Shown here in pieces: positions 1 through 13,567 of a stretch of 64,000 nucleotides of DNA. The notes beneath the pieces are model-generated. The model saw only the letters and a list, made by a program, of their open reading frames with translations, was not told the origin of the DNA and did no database searches. A program made the translations under genes and the position numbers. Source of the DNA: Octopus vulgaris (lineage: Eukaryota). Location of the stretch: the NCBI GenBank assembly GCA_951406725.2, contig OX597814.1, forward strand, positions 213,466,001-213,530,000. Reading direction: 5' to 3'. Position 1 is the stretch's first letter, and every line of letters begins with the position of its first letter.

Positions 1-1
1 T

Positions 2-60
<59 letters not shown>

Positions 61-409
61 CACTTGCGTCAGAAATTAATTAGCACTTCTCAAATTTCTA
101 CATTAAATAGGTTAAATCAATTAACCTATGAGCTGTTCAAAACGTCTTACGCGACACCTTGCGAGGCGCTACCTATATCTATTAAACAAAGGAATTTGTC
201 TGCATCCGCACTCCAAGTTGTTGTTGCACTGCTATGTCAACATCATAAGGCTGTAGACTCTCAAACTGCTCTGCAAACAAAGTTACGTCATCGTTCTGCG
301 CAACAGTGAACTCGCAATAAAGCAATAGTTCGAGATATGGCCACTAGGTGACAGCACATACCTTGAGTGAAGAGCAAATCAAGGGTGCAATTAATTTCTG
401 ACGGTAGTG
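61..409. mobile_element. Tc1/mariner-type MITE
   Basis: Imperfect TIRs cacttgcgtcagaaattaattagcac (61-86) and gtgcaattaatttctgacggtagtg (385-409); TA on both flanks; no transposase. Confidence 0.75.
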
Positions 410-413
410 TATG

Positions 414-516
<103 letters not shown>

Positions 517-616
517 AGAAGAAAATGAATATAATAACATTGCGAAACTCGTGATTTTCGCTGGTATGTCTTTAATTTATTAGATAACAAAGAAGGAAGA
601 AGTAGAATGAAGGTAG

Positions 617-665
617 CATTTACGATCGTTTCAATTTACTGGTTTAAGTAGATCTCTTCAGAATG
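617..665 (-). ncRNA. Minimal type I hammerhead ribozyme motif, probably Penelope-associated
   Basis: Minus strand reads CATT-CTGAAGA-GATCTACT-taaacc-AGTAAATT-GAAAC-GATC-GTA-AATG: both core boxes, stem I CATT/AATG, 8-bp stem II with one mismatch, palindromic GATC loop 3. Confidence 0.65.
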
Positions 666-1467
666 TAAATATACATAAATGCATCGGTTACAATGCGAAA
701 ATAATTGATAGACATGTGATGGTGATGTAAGCAAAAGTGGTAATTCTTATATTAAATTTTGTTCTTGCGCTGGTAACTTCACTGGGTAGAAGTTTGCTTG
801 TGGTAGATTGGTTAGTTTCGTTGGGTAATTAGGGCGGGGTATTATTTGGGTGCGGGTTTCCTAGTTTAATTATGCACATTTTGCTATTAGTTGTCACAGG
901 CGGTGTAGGTGAAAGGGGGTAACTCTAATAGGCTGAAAACGGAGCTAACTCATACCAACTTTTGGGTGGTTTGAAAATGTTCTATGGCTAATAATTGTCT
1001 TGTTGCTAGCGTTTAGGAAGTTCTTAGTGCTAGGAGGAGCCCTATGTATTTGCAAAGTGTATTATTATGGAATGTTGGGGGCGAGTGGATTTGCGGGGTG
1101 ACTATTTGTGTGTAAGTGTTTCATTTGCTTCTCAGCAAATTATACAGAAATACGAGTATAAATAAGAGTACGTACAATATCCATATATTATGTAAATGTG
1201 ACGCAACTCTTAACTCATCAGGCTTATTCAATATACAAGCGAGCTATGACAGGTTAATTAATAGGCAGATCGATCTGGGATTAATTGACATGTCACTGCT
1301 CGCTTATTTATTTGTTTATAAGCCTGATGACGCGAGAGTTACGAAACATATTACGTAACCATATGAATGCTGTGCACACTGCATACCTGAATGAACCATG
1401 TTTACGTCACTGCACAGACTCTTAAAACAATTGTAGTAGTTCTAGATACCCCATTCATTTGTATTCA

Positions 1468-1655
1468 GGCGACCAGCTGGCAGATTCGTTAGCGCGCTGG
1501 ACGAAATGCTTAGCGGTATTTTGCCCGTTACTACGTTCTGAGCTGAAATTCTGCCGTGATCAACTAAACTGAGTACCAGTGAAACACTGGGGTCAATGTA
1601 ATCGACTAGTTCTCTCCCCATAAATTTCAGGCCTCGTGCCTTTAGTAGAAAAGAT
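1468..1655 (+). mobile_element. tRNA-derived SINE family A, diverged and internally deleted
   Basis: Head gctggcagattcgttagc...gaaatgcttagcggtattt and body gtaccagt...cactggggtc match other family A copies. Confidence 0.75.
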
Positions 1656-1660
1656 TATAA

Positions 1661-1719
<59 letters not shown>

Positions 1720-1720
<1 letters not shown>

Positions 1721-2190
1721 TATGTTTGACTTTTGCGTTATATTTGTACAAGTTGGCTCCAAGTCTCACCCAGAGACCTCAAGAGACAACAGGTTGGAAG
1801 TTCATGTTGTTGTTATGCCTAGTGTGCCATATATTTGGGTGGGGGGTTGGTGTTGTACTAATGAATGTCTAAAAAAAAAAATTTTCTTTTTCTTTTTTTA
1901 AACCGCAAATTATGTTTGTTTTAAACCTTGAGATTACAAAGAAAGTATTTTGTGTAGGATATGAGCAGTTCCCATGAGCACTATCTTTTGAATTTCTGCC
2001 ATTTTGGGGTTTCCTGGTATCTGAGTTAGGTAGCATCAGCCCCTTTTGCTATCATTCCCAGTGCCCCTATGACAACAGGTATTGTATTAGTCTTCAGGTT
2101 CCACATTTTGCTGATTTCTATTTCAAGATCTTTATATTTGCTCAGTTTTTGGTAGGTCTTGACAGATACGTTTATATCGATTGGGACATA
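1720..2190 (-). mobile_element. R4/Dong-like RLE LINE, 3' end, in (TAA)n
   Basis: Minus translation KLSKYKDLEIEISKMWNLKTNTIPVVIGALG...IQKIVLMGTAHILHKILSL*; TAA tracts at 1656-1718 and ~2189-2200. Confidence 0.85.
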
Positions 2191-2317
2191 TTATTATTAT
2201 TATATACAAGCGGGTGTGCGGTTCTAGCTGTAAGCTATGACTATACACATGTTTTGGTTAATATCTTTATATGTAAACATGTGAGACTGTTCGCATGTTT
2301 GTGTCTCCCTTTGATCT

Positions 2318-2564
2318 CTTACTTCATTCAGTCATTACACTACGGCCATACTGGGGCACCGGCTTGAAGAATTTTTACTCAAATGAGTCGATGCTAATAC
2401 TTGTTTTTAAATCTGGTACTCAATCTATCGGTCTCTCCTGCTGAACCGTTTGAATACGGAGACGTAAACACACAAACACCGATTGGCGGTGTGGTGTGAG
2501 ACAAACACAATCATCCACCCAAACACACGCACACACACATGCACGCGCGCACCCACCCACACAT

Positions 2565-2607
<43 letters not shown>

Positions 2608-2765
2608 GATGAGCTTCTTTCAGTTTCCCTCTATCAAATCGACTCACAAGGCTTTGGTCAACCCGAGGGTATAGAAGACACTCGCCCAATGTTCTAAGCA
2701 GTGAGACTGGAGCCGGAATCGTGTGGTTGGGAAGCGACCCTCTTACCAAACAGCCATGCCTGTGT
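2318..2765 (-). mobile_element. tRNA-derived SINE family C, diverged, with internal microsatellite
   Basis: Similar to 21637-22025 (ttctttcagtttcc...ctcacaaggctttggtc...gaagacactcgccca). Confidence 0.75.
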
Positions 2766-3059
2766 CTAGGCATGCTTATGATGAGAGAAACTCACACAAT
2801 CGTAAGAAAACATATGGCAAAACTATATACATGCCGATATATACAAATCTATATGCATGCGTGCGCATGCCAATGTGCATATGTCTGCATATCTAAATAC
2901 ACACACACACACAAACACACACACACATATATATATATATAGATAGATATATATATAGATAGATAGATAGACAAATAGATAGATAGATATAGACATATAG
3001 ATATATCATATATATATAAACACGCACACACGTAGATACACACACATACGCACACACAT

Positions 3060-3153
<94 letters not shown>

Positions 3154-3156
<3 letters not shown>

Positions 3157-3920
3157 TGGGGAGAATTCACGAAAAAAACAAAAGACGAAGACAGGTCGTG
3201 TAGAAAACAAACAGATGTATTAGTATAACGTTCGGGAATTGAAAAAGTCTTTTACATTTCGAGCCTACGCTCTTACACAGAAAGAAACACAGAAAGAAAC
3301 AAGGAGAGAAAAAAGGAGAGACAAATAATTGTGTGTAGTTGCTACCGATCTCTCATGGCGACTGCTGGACTGAAGGGTCACACAGGAGTGCGAAGAAGTA
3401 GGGGAGATAACAAAGTAAAAGTGATTCCAATACGAAGGTGCGCGTGAGTGTAAGAGAGTATGTATGTGCGTATGAAAGAGAGCTTGTGGTGTTGACGTGT
3501 GCGTGTATGTATAGGTGTGAAAATGTAGGGATGGGAATTGGTCAGTGCTGGTGTGAAGGTGGTGGTGTGTTGTGATGTGATGTGTTGTGTGTGTAGTGTG
3601 GTGTAGTGTGGTGTGGTGTGATGTTGTTGGGAGGTGGGGGAGGTGAGAGTGGAGAAAGCACTAGTGGGGTGTGTGGGTAGATAGAGGGTGGGGTAGAGGT
3701 GGAGTTTGTGGGTAGGCAGAGGGTGGGGGTAGAGGTGGAGTTTGTGGGTAGGCAGAGGGTGAGGGTAGAGGTGGGGTATGTGGGAGATGGTGTAAGGGAT
3801 TAGATGGGGGTGGGATGGGAAGGATAGGGAAGGTGGAGTAGGAATATGTAGGGGTGGGGTGGGTTATGGGGGAGGGTTGACGATGAAGGGGACGGGGAAG
3901 GTGGGTATGATGGTAGATAG
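3154..3920 (-). mobile_element. Penelope-like terminal repeat fragment with G-rich tandem repeats
   Basis: Contains tttcgagcctacgctctt (reverse: GAGC-GTAG-GCTC-GAAA stem motif); homologous to 5851-6060; begins directly after (TA)n. Confidence 0.5.
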
Positions 3921-4476
3921 ATAATATATATTTAGATGTAGGTATGTATATATGCCTGTATTAGTGTATATCAAAATATATATAGATGGATGGATGGATC
4001 GATCGATGGACAGATTGATGGAAGGAAGGATGGATGGGTGGACGTATATATATATATATATATATATATATAACTATTTTTCATCTGAGCTGTCTTTCAT
4101 TCAAGGGCTATGAATTTGGTATGAAGCCATTAGGGAATATAGAATGAAACATCATGCGATATCTACAAACATTCAATATTTCTGATTTTGTAAATTTTTT
4201 TTTTTTAATTATTGTTTTTCATTTTATTAAGATTGTCAATATTTTTTCTTTAAAATTCATTACGTTTAAATGCATTTTTAAATCAAGTTTAAAAAAAGAA
4301 GAACGGCTTTTGTTAATAATATACACTGGCTACACAACAATACGTACCTGTATTTTTTTTAACACCTGTTTGTTTATTCCTCTGCAAAATATCATCTTTA
4401 CGAAAATGTGTATCATAATAACTATATCATATATCAACATACCATACGTCATATGCATTCACACACAAACTCACAT

Positions 4477-4509
<33 letters not shown>

Positions 4510-4610
4510 TATGCATATGTGAGCTTTTGTGTTTACATGCATAACTATAGTTTATGTAGCTATATGCAAATATGTATACATGCATGTATATATATATGTG
4601 TATATATATA

Positions 4611-4645
<35 letters not shown>

Positions 4646-4765
4646 ATATATAAATACACACACACATGAATATATATATATACATATAGATACATACACA
4701 TATATATCTATCTCTATATCTATCTCTATCTCACTCTCTCTCTCTCCATAGATCTCACTATTTTA

Positions 4766-4865
4766 NNNNNNNNNNNNNNNNNNNNNNNNNNNNNNNNNNN
4801 NNNNNNNNNNNNNNNNNNNNNNNNNNNNNNNNNNNNNNNNNNNNNNNNNNNNNNNNNNNNNNNNN
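4766..4865. other. Assembly gap (100 N)
   Basis: Run of n characters. Confidence 1.
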
Positions 4866-5070
4866 TATCATTCATGTACAGTTTTACAATAGTAGCCAGA
4901 GCAAATAGACCGGCATTAATCTGCCAGTATATTGGTTCATCACACTGTTGTAGATATTCATCACCAATTTCGTTGACAGCTTTTAATACCGTATATGGTG
5001 GGTTTTTTTTACTTTGGTAAAGAATACTCTCTCCTCGGGAGAGTACTTCAAAGCCAATATGTATGTATGC

Positions 5071-5103
<33 letters not shown>

Positions 5104-5530
5104 TGCATGTATGTATGCATGTATGTAAGTATGTATGTAAGTACGTACGTATGTTTCTATGTATGTAGGGACATGCGCATGTACACACATACAATATTAT
5201 CAAGTTTATCGCTCCCCCGTTTGATGGTTATTTGTTATAGCGCTTTACTTTCGTTATAATGATTGTATGCAAATATGATGATCTTGGATGCAAACAAACA
5301 ACACAACAGTGCTGCAAAGTAATTAGCCGAGCCGCGAAAGGAAAGCTGTACAAACGTCTCTCCAAAAGCTTATGATATTAACAATGAAATTCTCCTGGAC
5401 GCTTAATGTCACAGAAGATTCACATTCTGCAGGACAGCACTTGATAAATTCTTCAAATGAACAATGATGCTGAAACCGATGCACCAGACTAGCTGGCAGT
5501 TCTAAGTACAACACTATTGGCTGAATCTAA

Positions 5531-5568
<38 letters not shown>

Positions 5569-5793
5569 TTAGAGACAAAACCACTATTTTGCAAATCAAA
5601 CAAAGAAAGACTTAATCCAATACATAAAAAAATTTAATATAAATTAAATAAAATTAAATTCGCCACTACAATTAATATTTCTCTAATTAATATTATATAA
5701 TATTATATATTATATAATATTTTACTATAAAATTGGATTCAATCCTAAATCTGATTTTTCCCTGTAAATTTGGATTTATTCCCTAATATTTAT

Positions 5794-5850
<57 letters not shown>

Positions 5851-5851
<1 letters not shown>

Positions 5852-6460
5852 CGGGAAGCTTTATGAAAATAGACAAAAGACGAAGGCAGGTGGAAAGCAA
5901 ACGAACAATTGTATTAGTATGGCGCTCAGGAAATATAAATAAAACAAGTCTTTAACGTTTCGAGCCTACGCTCTTCAACAGAAAGATACACAGAGAGAAA
6001 AAAAACACAGAAAGAAGGAGAGAAAAGAAATGCTTGCAGTAGCTAACGAATCAACATGGCGATCTGATTTCGGCCAGAGATCAAAGATCAAACATGAGAC
6101 GCGAGAGCGAAATAAGGGGAGATAATAGGGTTGATAATAGGGTTGATAATAGGGTTGAAGGACCAGCTAATAGTGCGTAGGAGGGGTCTGGACGTGTGTA
6201 TGTATAGGGTTGGTGTATGTATTAGTATGTATAAGGGTGTGTGTGTGTGTGTGTGTGTATGAGAGAGTATTAGTGCGTAGGATTGGTCTGGACGTGCGTA
6301 AGTATGGGGTTGGTGTATGTATTAGTATGTATTAGTATGTATTAGTACGTATTAGTATGTATAAGTGTGTGTGTGTGTGTATGAGAGAGTATAAGTGCGT
6401 ATGAGGGGTCTGGACGTGTGTATGTATAGGGTTGGTGTATGTATTAGTATGTATTAATTA
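5851..6460 (-). mobile_element. Penelope-like terminal repeat fragment with three ~115-bp GT-rich repeats
   Basis: Minus ctgttgaagagcgtaggctcgaaacg (decayed hammerhead-like motif); homologous to 3154-3360; gtctggacgtg recurs three times in 6170-6460. Confidence 0.5.
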
Positions 6461-7174
6461 TATTCAACCATACTATTATCCTGTAGTTTTTGGCTCTATC
6501 GCTTTCCTAGGTTTTAGCCAATAGTGTTATACTTATAATGCATATAATGCATATATATGTGCATTCCTCCAGAACCGTTACGAAAAAGAAAATGTCATGA
6601 CTGAAGAACTCTGTTTCCATTCCTCTGTTTGGCATAACCAAATCTGAATCACCTTACATAATCTCGAACGTTTATAAAATTCTTGTGAAGTCAACAACAT
6701 GAAATTCTCACTGGTGAGATATAATGTTTCTAATACGGTTAGTGAAATTCGAAGGTTTCCTTTGGTACGATGGCGTAACGTCTGTCCTGTTTAGAGAGGA
6801 TGTGGGTTCGAGTCACACAGACGACCTTTGACATTTTCTATCCAAAAGAGATTTTTCAACCCAATATTTACATGCTAATATTTATAGCTTTACATTTGTT
6901 CTTTGAGATATTCTAAGTGAGAAGAACTTCACGTTCTCTCGGAAGTCCATAAAATTCTAATGACGTCAATAATATAATGCAAGGTGGATGTTACGAAGGT
7001 GTTAGCTGAACCGGTCAGCCAAGCGGCGTCCCGAATTTTGTTAACAGTAAGTTTATACACACACACACACATACATACATGCATACATACATACAGACAC
7101 ACACATATACATACATACATACATACATACATACATACATACATACACACACATACATGCATATATATATATAT

Positions 7175-7468
7175 ATCACGTGATCACGTGACCGACCCGA
7201 CCATCAGATGTTGTTACACATCGCTGGTCACAATGCGTTCGCATTGTTTTAGCCTTGGAATGACGCCACCCCGCTGGCTAAGCGAGCAGGCCAACAGAAG
7301 AAAGAGTGGGAGAAACAGAGTTCAGCAGGGATCACCACCCCCTGCCGGAACCTCGTGGAGCTTTTAGGTGTTTTCGCTCAATAAACACTCACAACGCCCG
7401 GTCTAGGAATCGAAACGGCGATCCTACGACCGCGAGTCCGCTGCCCTAACCACTGGGCCATTGCGCCT

Positions 7469-7472
<4 letters not shown>
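7175..7472 (-). mobile_element. tRNA-derived SINE family B with RTE-like tail
   Basis: Head ggaggcgcaatggcccagtggttagggcagcggactcg...ttcgattcc (A/B boxes); tail tgtgaccagcgatgt...gtcacgtgatcacgtgata; abuts (TA)n. Confidence 0.85.
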
Positions 7473-7533
<61 letters not shown>

Positions 7534-8395
7534 AACAAACTGAGGAAAAGAAATCCTTCAAAGGGGTGTGTTAAACTTCCAATTCACTGGTACTTCAGTT
7601 GGATACCATATAAATATTGGTATAATTCAATTATAAAAATAAATTGAATATAAAGATATTCGATTGACAATCACATAATTCATTTATATTACAATATTAT
7701 ATTAAATACTATGAATATAATATATAACGTAACATAACATAATATTATATAAATAATTATAATTATAAAATAGTGTGTTATGTCATATATTTTATTCATA
7801 GTATTTAATGTAATATTGTAATATAAATGAATTATTTGATTGTCCATACAATATCTCTATATTTAATTTATCATCACATATATAAAACCGAGCTGGCAGA
7901 ATCGTTAGCACGTCGAGAAAGTGCTTTCCGGCGTGCCTTTTGTCGTTTCTGGGGTAAGAAATTAAGTACCACTTGTGCATTGGAGTCGATAAAATCGACT
8001 GGCACCTTCTTCCGTAATCTGAGGCATCGTGACTATAGTAGAATATAGATAGATATACACACACACACACGTGTGTGTGTATGTATTTATCCATGTCTGT
8101 GCGTGTATAGACAATAGGTTAGGATTTGAAAGAAATTTAGCTGCTGTTTCCAGCACGTCGAACGAATATGGCGTAAATGTTCCCTTTTAGTGTGGATGAC
8201 ACATTTAGTTGAAAGACCCCTAAAATATCTGACTGCATTTCTTTGCGTCCTTTTATGTTCACAGTTCAAATCCCACCATCTTCAAATTGACCTCCCAACC
8301 TATGTCTTAATTTTTTTTTCCGAGGCTTGAAATAGTTTTTATCTCTGTCCTCGTTTTTACAATAAATTATGGAATTAATTTTATTGATCAATACC

Positions 8396-8631
8396 TATTT
8401 CTTTACTACCCACAAGGGGCTAAACACAGAGAGGACTAACAGGGACAGAAAAAACGGATTAAGTCGATTATATCGACCCCAGTGGGTAACTGGTACTTAA
8501 TTTATCGACCCCGAAAGGATGAAAGGCCAAAGTCAACCTCGGCGGAATTTGAACTCAGAACGTTAGCGGCAGATGAAATACCGCTAAGCATTTCGCCCGG
8601 CGTGCTAACGTTTCTGCCAGCTCGCCGCCTT
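8396..8631 (-). mobile_element. tRNA-derived SINE family A, near full length, Tx1-like tail
   Basis: Head aaggcggcgagctggcag...gttcaaattcc; core gcctttcatcctttcggggtcgataaattaagtaccag (resembles the Meta-SINE domain, inference); tail ccccttgtgggtagtaaagaaata. Confidence 0.85.
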
Positions 8632-8639
8632 AATTGATC

Positions 8640-8800
8640 AATACCACCACTCGCACCACCACCACCATCACCACCGCCAACCACACTACAAACACTACCA
8701 CCATCACCACCACCACCATCACCACCATCACCACTCACAATACAACCACCACCACCACCACCACTACCACCACCACCATCACCACCACTACCACTACATC
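8640..8800. repeat. (CAC)n-type trinucleotide repeat
   Basis: Imperfect cac/cat/tac array. Confidence 0.9.
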
Positions 8801-8975
8801 AATACTAATTGTTGTGATGAAGTACATATTGTTCCGTACGTAAAATTTAATTGTAAGTTCGGACTATCGCTTTAGTGTTCAGGTAATGTAAGGGAAGTAA
8901 CTTATAGTAGCTTTATCTAATGTTGTGATTATCTCCCTTACATCATAGAATAAACAGCAAGTATAAAGACACAAG

Positions 8976-10250
8976 CAAGTAGAACCTCGCAGTACGAGTG
9001 CAACGTTGTACGAATAATTTACTGTACGAGCCGAGGCTCGGCAAATTTTTTGTCTTGAAGTACGAGCGGAAATCCACAGTACGAGCGAGTTTCATACAAA
9101 CGACCGCTAGTCGGCGCTGAACTTTCACACACTCTCCAAACACCCGCAATATCCGCTCGCTCAGTTCACGGGTTTATTTCGTTGTGGCAGCATCTCTGTT
9201 GAGTTTTTATCAGTGTTTTTGTTCAGGTTTTGTGCATTTTTTGCTGTTATTTTATGATGATTAGCTGTGTTAGCCGAGGGTCCTAAGAAGGTTAGTGCGA
9301 AGGACAGTGGTGAAAAGAAGGAAAAGCTGATTACAATAGAATTGAAGATGGAAATCTCTCTCTATATATAAAGCTGAAGTTGTCTGTGTGTGGCAGGTTT
9401 GGTAGGCTTCAACTAACACTATCTCCTCGGAGACCCTGCGGCGCAAGTTGACCAAAATTGAAAGTATGACAGAAGAAGGATTGCTCTTCCTTCCGTAGTA
9501 GAAAAAAATTCAAATCGGACCATGTTAATACCAAAAATTATTTACATCAAAAAGGTGCTTTTTTTTGTATGAAAATCCCTATTTTTTACGACTTTGTCAG
9601 TGCCGTGTCGCCATTTTTCGGTGTATTTCAACCAGAAAAATGCTCACTTAAAGAGAATGACAAGCTACATAATGCAAATTTTTTTACTTTTCAAAAATCC
9701 CGATTCTAAAGGGTCGAAACAAACCCGAGCAACACCGGGCGATAGTCATTGATAAACATGGGGTAGGAGTGCGTGTAGTGGACATAGCACGTCAATACGA
9801 CCGAAGCACGCCGACGATCTGCACCATCCCGAAGAAAAAAGACGAAATCAAGGCCATTACAACAGCAAAGGATGTCTCCAGCAACGCACATCTGCCCACA
9901 AAAGAAGATCCCCATACTGCGCCCGTGCTTTCTCGCAGATGATGGTCTCCGTAATCGTATCCTCTGCGAATTGCTTATCGTTGATCCAAAGGAGAAGCAA
10001 TTATTCTATCCTTTGCAGTGTTGGCAAAGTTGCAGTATGTTTCTGAATTTGTTGAAAAACATCTAGAACAGTAGTCTTAGGTTTTGCAGCTGCTTTATTT
10101 AATGATACTGTTCTGGGGCATTTTCATAACATTTTGAAAGGCGGGAAAAAGCAGAATTCTCTTGATATGTTTCTAATTAAACGACCGGCAAGTGTAAAAA
10201 GTGAAGAAAGTATGCCCCTAAGCGTAAATTAAGCGAAGTAAGAGAGAAAA
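8976..10250 (+). mobile_element. pogo/Tigger-like DNA transposon relic (interrupted, partly inverted, DDE region missing)
   Basis: TIR-like agtagaacctcg; removing 9355-9745 restores GPKKVSAKDSGEKKEKLITIELKMEIIDKHGVGVRVVDIARQYDRSTPTICTI; C-terminal HFHNILKGGKKQNSLDMFL at ~10118-10175. Confidence 0.8.
9355..9745 (+). mobile_element. Non-autonomous Helitron-like element
   Basis: Starts TC(tctctctatatataaag), ends with hairpin cccgagcaacaccggg then TAG; sits between host A and T with no TSD. Confidence 0.75.
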
Positions 10251-10261
10251 CGCCAGAAATT

Positions 10262-10783
10262 GTGCATAACTGGTACTTATTTAATCGACCCCGAAAGGAT
10301 GAAAGGCAAAGTCGACCTCGACGAAATTTGAACCCAGAACATAGCGGCAGACGAAATACCCATTTCTTTATTACCTACAAGGGGCTAAACACAGAGGGGA
10401 CAAACAAGGACAGACAAAGGTATTAAATCGATTACATCGACTCCAGTGTGTAACTGGTACTTAATTTATCGACCCCGAAAGGATGAAGGGCAAAGTCGAC
10501 CTCGGCGGAATTTGAACCCAGAACATAGCGGCAGACGAAATACCTATTTCTATTTCTTTATTACCCATTAGGGGCTAAACACAGAGGGGACAAACAAGGA
10601 CAGATATAGGTATTAAATCGATTACATCGACCCCAGTGCGTAACTGGTACTTAATTTATCGACTCCGAAAGGATGAAAGGCAAAGTCGACCTCGGCGGAA
10701 TTTGAACCCAGAACATAGCGGTAGACGAAATACCGCTAAGCATTTCGCCCGGCGTGCTAACGATTCTGCCAGCTCGCTGCCTT
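10262..10783 (-). mobile_element. SINE family A concatemer (one head, three bodies)
   Basis: Junctions at 10360/10361 and 10544/10545; periods 184 and 190 bp. Confidence 0.9.
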
Positions 10784-11160
10784 AGGAACCGCGAACATTA
10801 ACATCGGGCAGTAATGGGAAACGTTTCTCCGAGGGTAGATACAAAGGTTCTATATTATAGAGCCAGTGTCGTGTTGCAGGGAGCTATTTAGCCTAACCCC
10901 AGTGTCATTTAGGTTCTTTGATATTTTTAGAATTGTTCGAAGCAAAATTTGTTGGTTTTCGTAGCCGCATGTAGCGTCGGGTAGATCAGGAGGTGTCAGG
11001 TTCAAACCAGAGTTCTAACTTGAGACATTACAACAGAACGGATATTCATGTACACTCTAGTAAAAGTGAGCAACTTTTCTTTCCTCTTCTTCCTTCTCCT
11101 CCACCTTCCCCTCTCTCTCTCTTTCTCTCTCTCACTATATATATCTGATATATATATATA

Positions 11161-11447
11161 TATCACCGTGACCGACCAGGCTATCAGATGTTGCTACACA
11201 TCGGTGGTCACAATGCACTGCGCATTGTCTTAGCCTTCAAATGACGCCACCCCGATGACTAAGCGAGCAGGCCAACAGAAGAAAGAGTGAGAGAAAGTTG
11301 TAGCGAAAGAGTACAGCAGGGACCGCCACCACCCACTGCCGAAGCCTTGTGGAACTTTAAGTGTTTTCGCTCAATAAACATTCACAACGCTCGGTCTGGG
11401 AATCGAAACCGCGAGTCCGCTGCCCTAACCACTGGGCCATTGCGCCT

Positions 11448-11450
<3 letters not shown>
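11161..11450 (-). mobile_element. SINE family B with RTE-like tail
   Basis: Homologous to 7175-7472; tail ends ggtcggtcacggtgata against (TA)n. Confidence 0.85.
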
Positions 11451-11499
<49 letters not shown>

Positions 11500-11745
11500 G
11501 CGCCCTTTTAAAGCCTGGCCAGTCTCATGGGCCCGGTTTCCCGGTTTCTATGGCGTATGTGTTCCCCAACTGGACGGGACGCCAGTCCATCGCAGCATTA
11601 CTCATTTTTGCCAGCTGAGTGAACTGGAGCAACGTGAAATGAAGTGTTTCGCTCAAGAACACAACACGTCGCCCGGTTCAGGAATCGAAACCACAATCTT
11701 ATGATCATGATGCTGACACTCTAACCACTAAGCCATGCGCCTCCA
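11500..11745 (-). mobile_element. tRNA-derived SINE family D
   Basis: Minus head ggaggcgcatggcttagtggttagag...ggtttcgattcc, then cttgagcgaaacacttcatttcacgttgctccagttcactcagct. Confidence 0.75.
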
Positions 11746-11747
11746 CA

Positions 11748-11786
<39 letters not shown>

Positions 11787-11812
11787 TTCTCATCTCTCAT
11801 TCTCTGTGTATA

Positions 11813-12450
11813 CAGGGGATGAACAAAATAATGGAAACATTTAGCATCATAGCATCATAATTTTGAAATATCCATAAAACCGTCAACAGCTTGTTTATTT
11901 TGATGCTTTTTGATTTATTATTAGTGTTGCTTAATATGTTCTTTTGAGATATCTTCAGAAAAAGGGTAATTAAAATTCATTAAAATGACAAATCTATCGG
12001 ACTTTCAGAGAGGTCAAATTGTTGGTGCTTGTATGGCAGGAGCTAGCGTAACAAAACCAGCCGAAATGTTTAGTGTATAAAGAAGTACTGTCTCGAATGT
12101 AATGACAGCCTTTGAGAAAGAGAGAACGACTTCCTCCTCGAAGCAAAACTCCGGAAGAAAACCAAAACTTTCAGATTGGGACCGCCGGGCTCTTACGCGA
12201 ATTTTTAGAGATTATCACAAAAGTACAGCTCCTAAAATTACTGCAGAGCATAATGACCACCTTGAGAACACAGTTTCCACAAAAAATGTTCGCCGAGAGC
12301 TGCACAAAGCCGGATTTCACGGGAGGGCTACAATCAGAAAACCACTACTTTCAAAAACAAACGGTCCCTAGAGCAGAGGAAGAATGTTATTTTCTCGGAC
12401 GAGCCATTCTTTACCTTACTTCTGATCACCGACCGAGTATACGTGTAAGA
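11813..12450 (+). pseudogene. Tc1-like transposon, 5' part, disabled transposase
   Basis: TA then caggggatgaacaaaataatggaaaca; ATG 11985 MTNLSDFQRGQIVGA...(stop)...SGRKPKLSDWDRR...VRRELHKAGFHGR...RKPLLS; then VIFSDE after an internal deletion. Confidence 0.85.
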
Positions 12451-12570
12451 AAGCTAGCGAATGTGTACTGCAACAAAGACAAAAAAAACGAGAATACGGT
12501 ACACAGTTACAAATACAAACAACCCGAACATAACAACAGGTGTCTTTCGACTGAGAACGAATCAAATTGA

Positions 12571-13474
<904 letters not shown>

Positions 13475-13567
13475 GGGAATTTTATGACCAGCTTCACTAG
13501 TAATTTATTGGAGGTTTCGTTGGAGTTTTATTTGTTCCCTGTTCTTACTTGATGTTAACATTTTCAG

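Noticed and set aside
1322-1358. Second hammerhead candidate ctgatga...cgaaacatat
   Set aside because: Stem II does not close (C-C) and no GUH follows loop 3.
3630-3910. G-quadruplex-rich regulatory element
   Set aside because: The G-runs are real but lie in the low-complexity body of a repeat; nothing indicates function.
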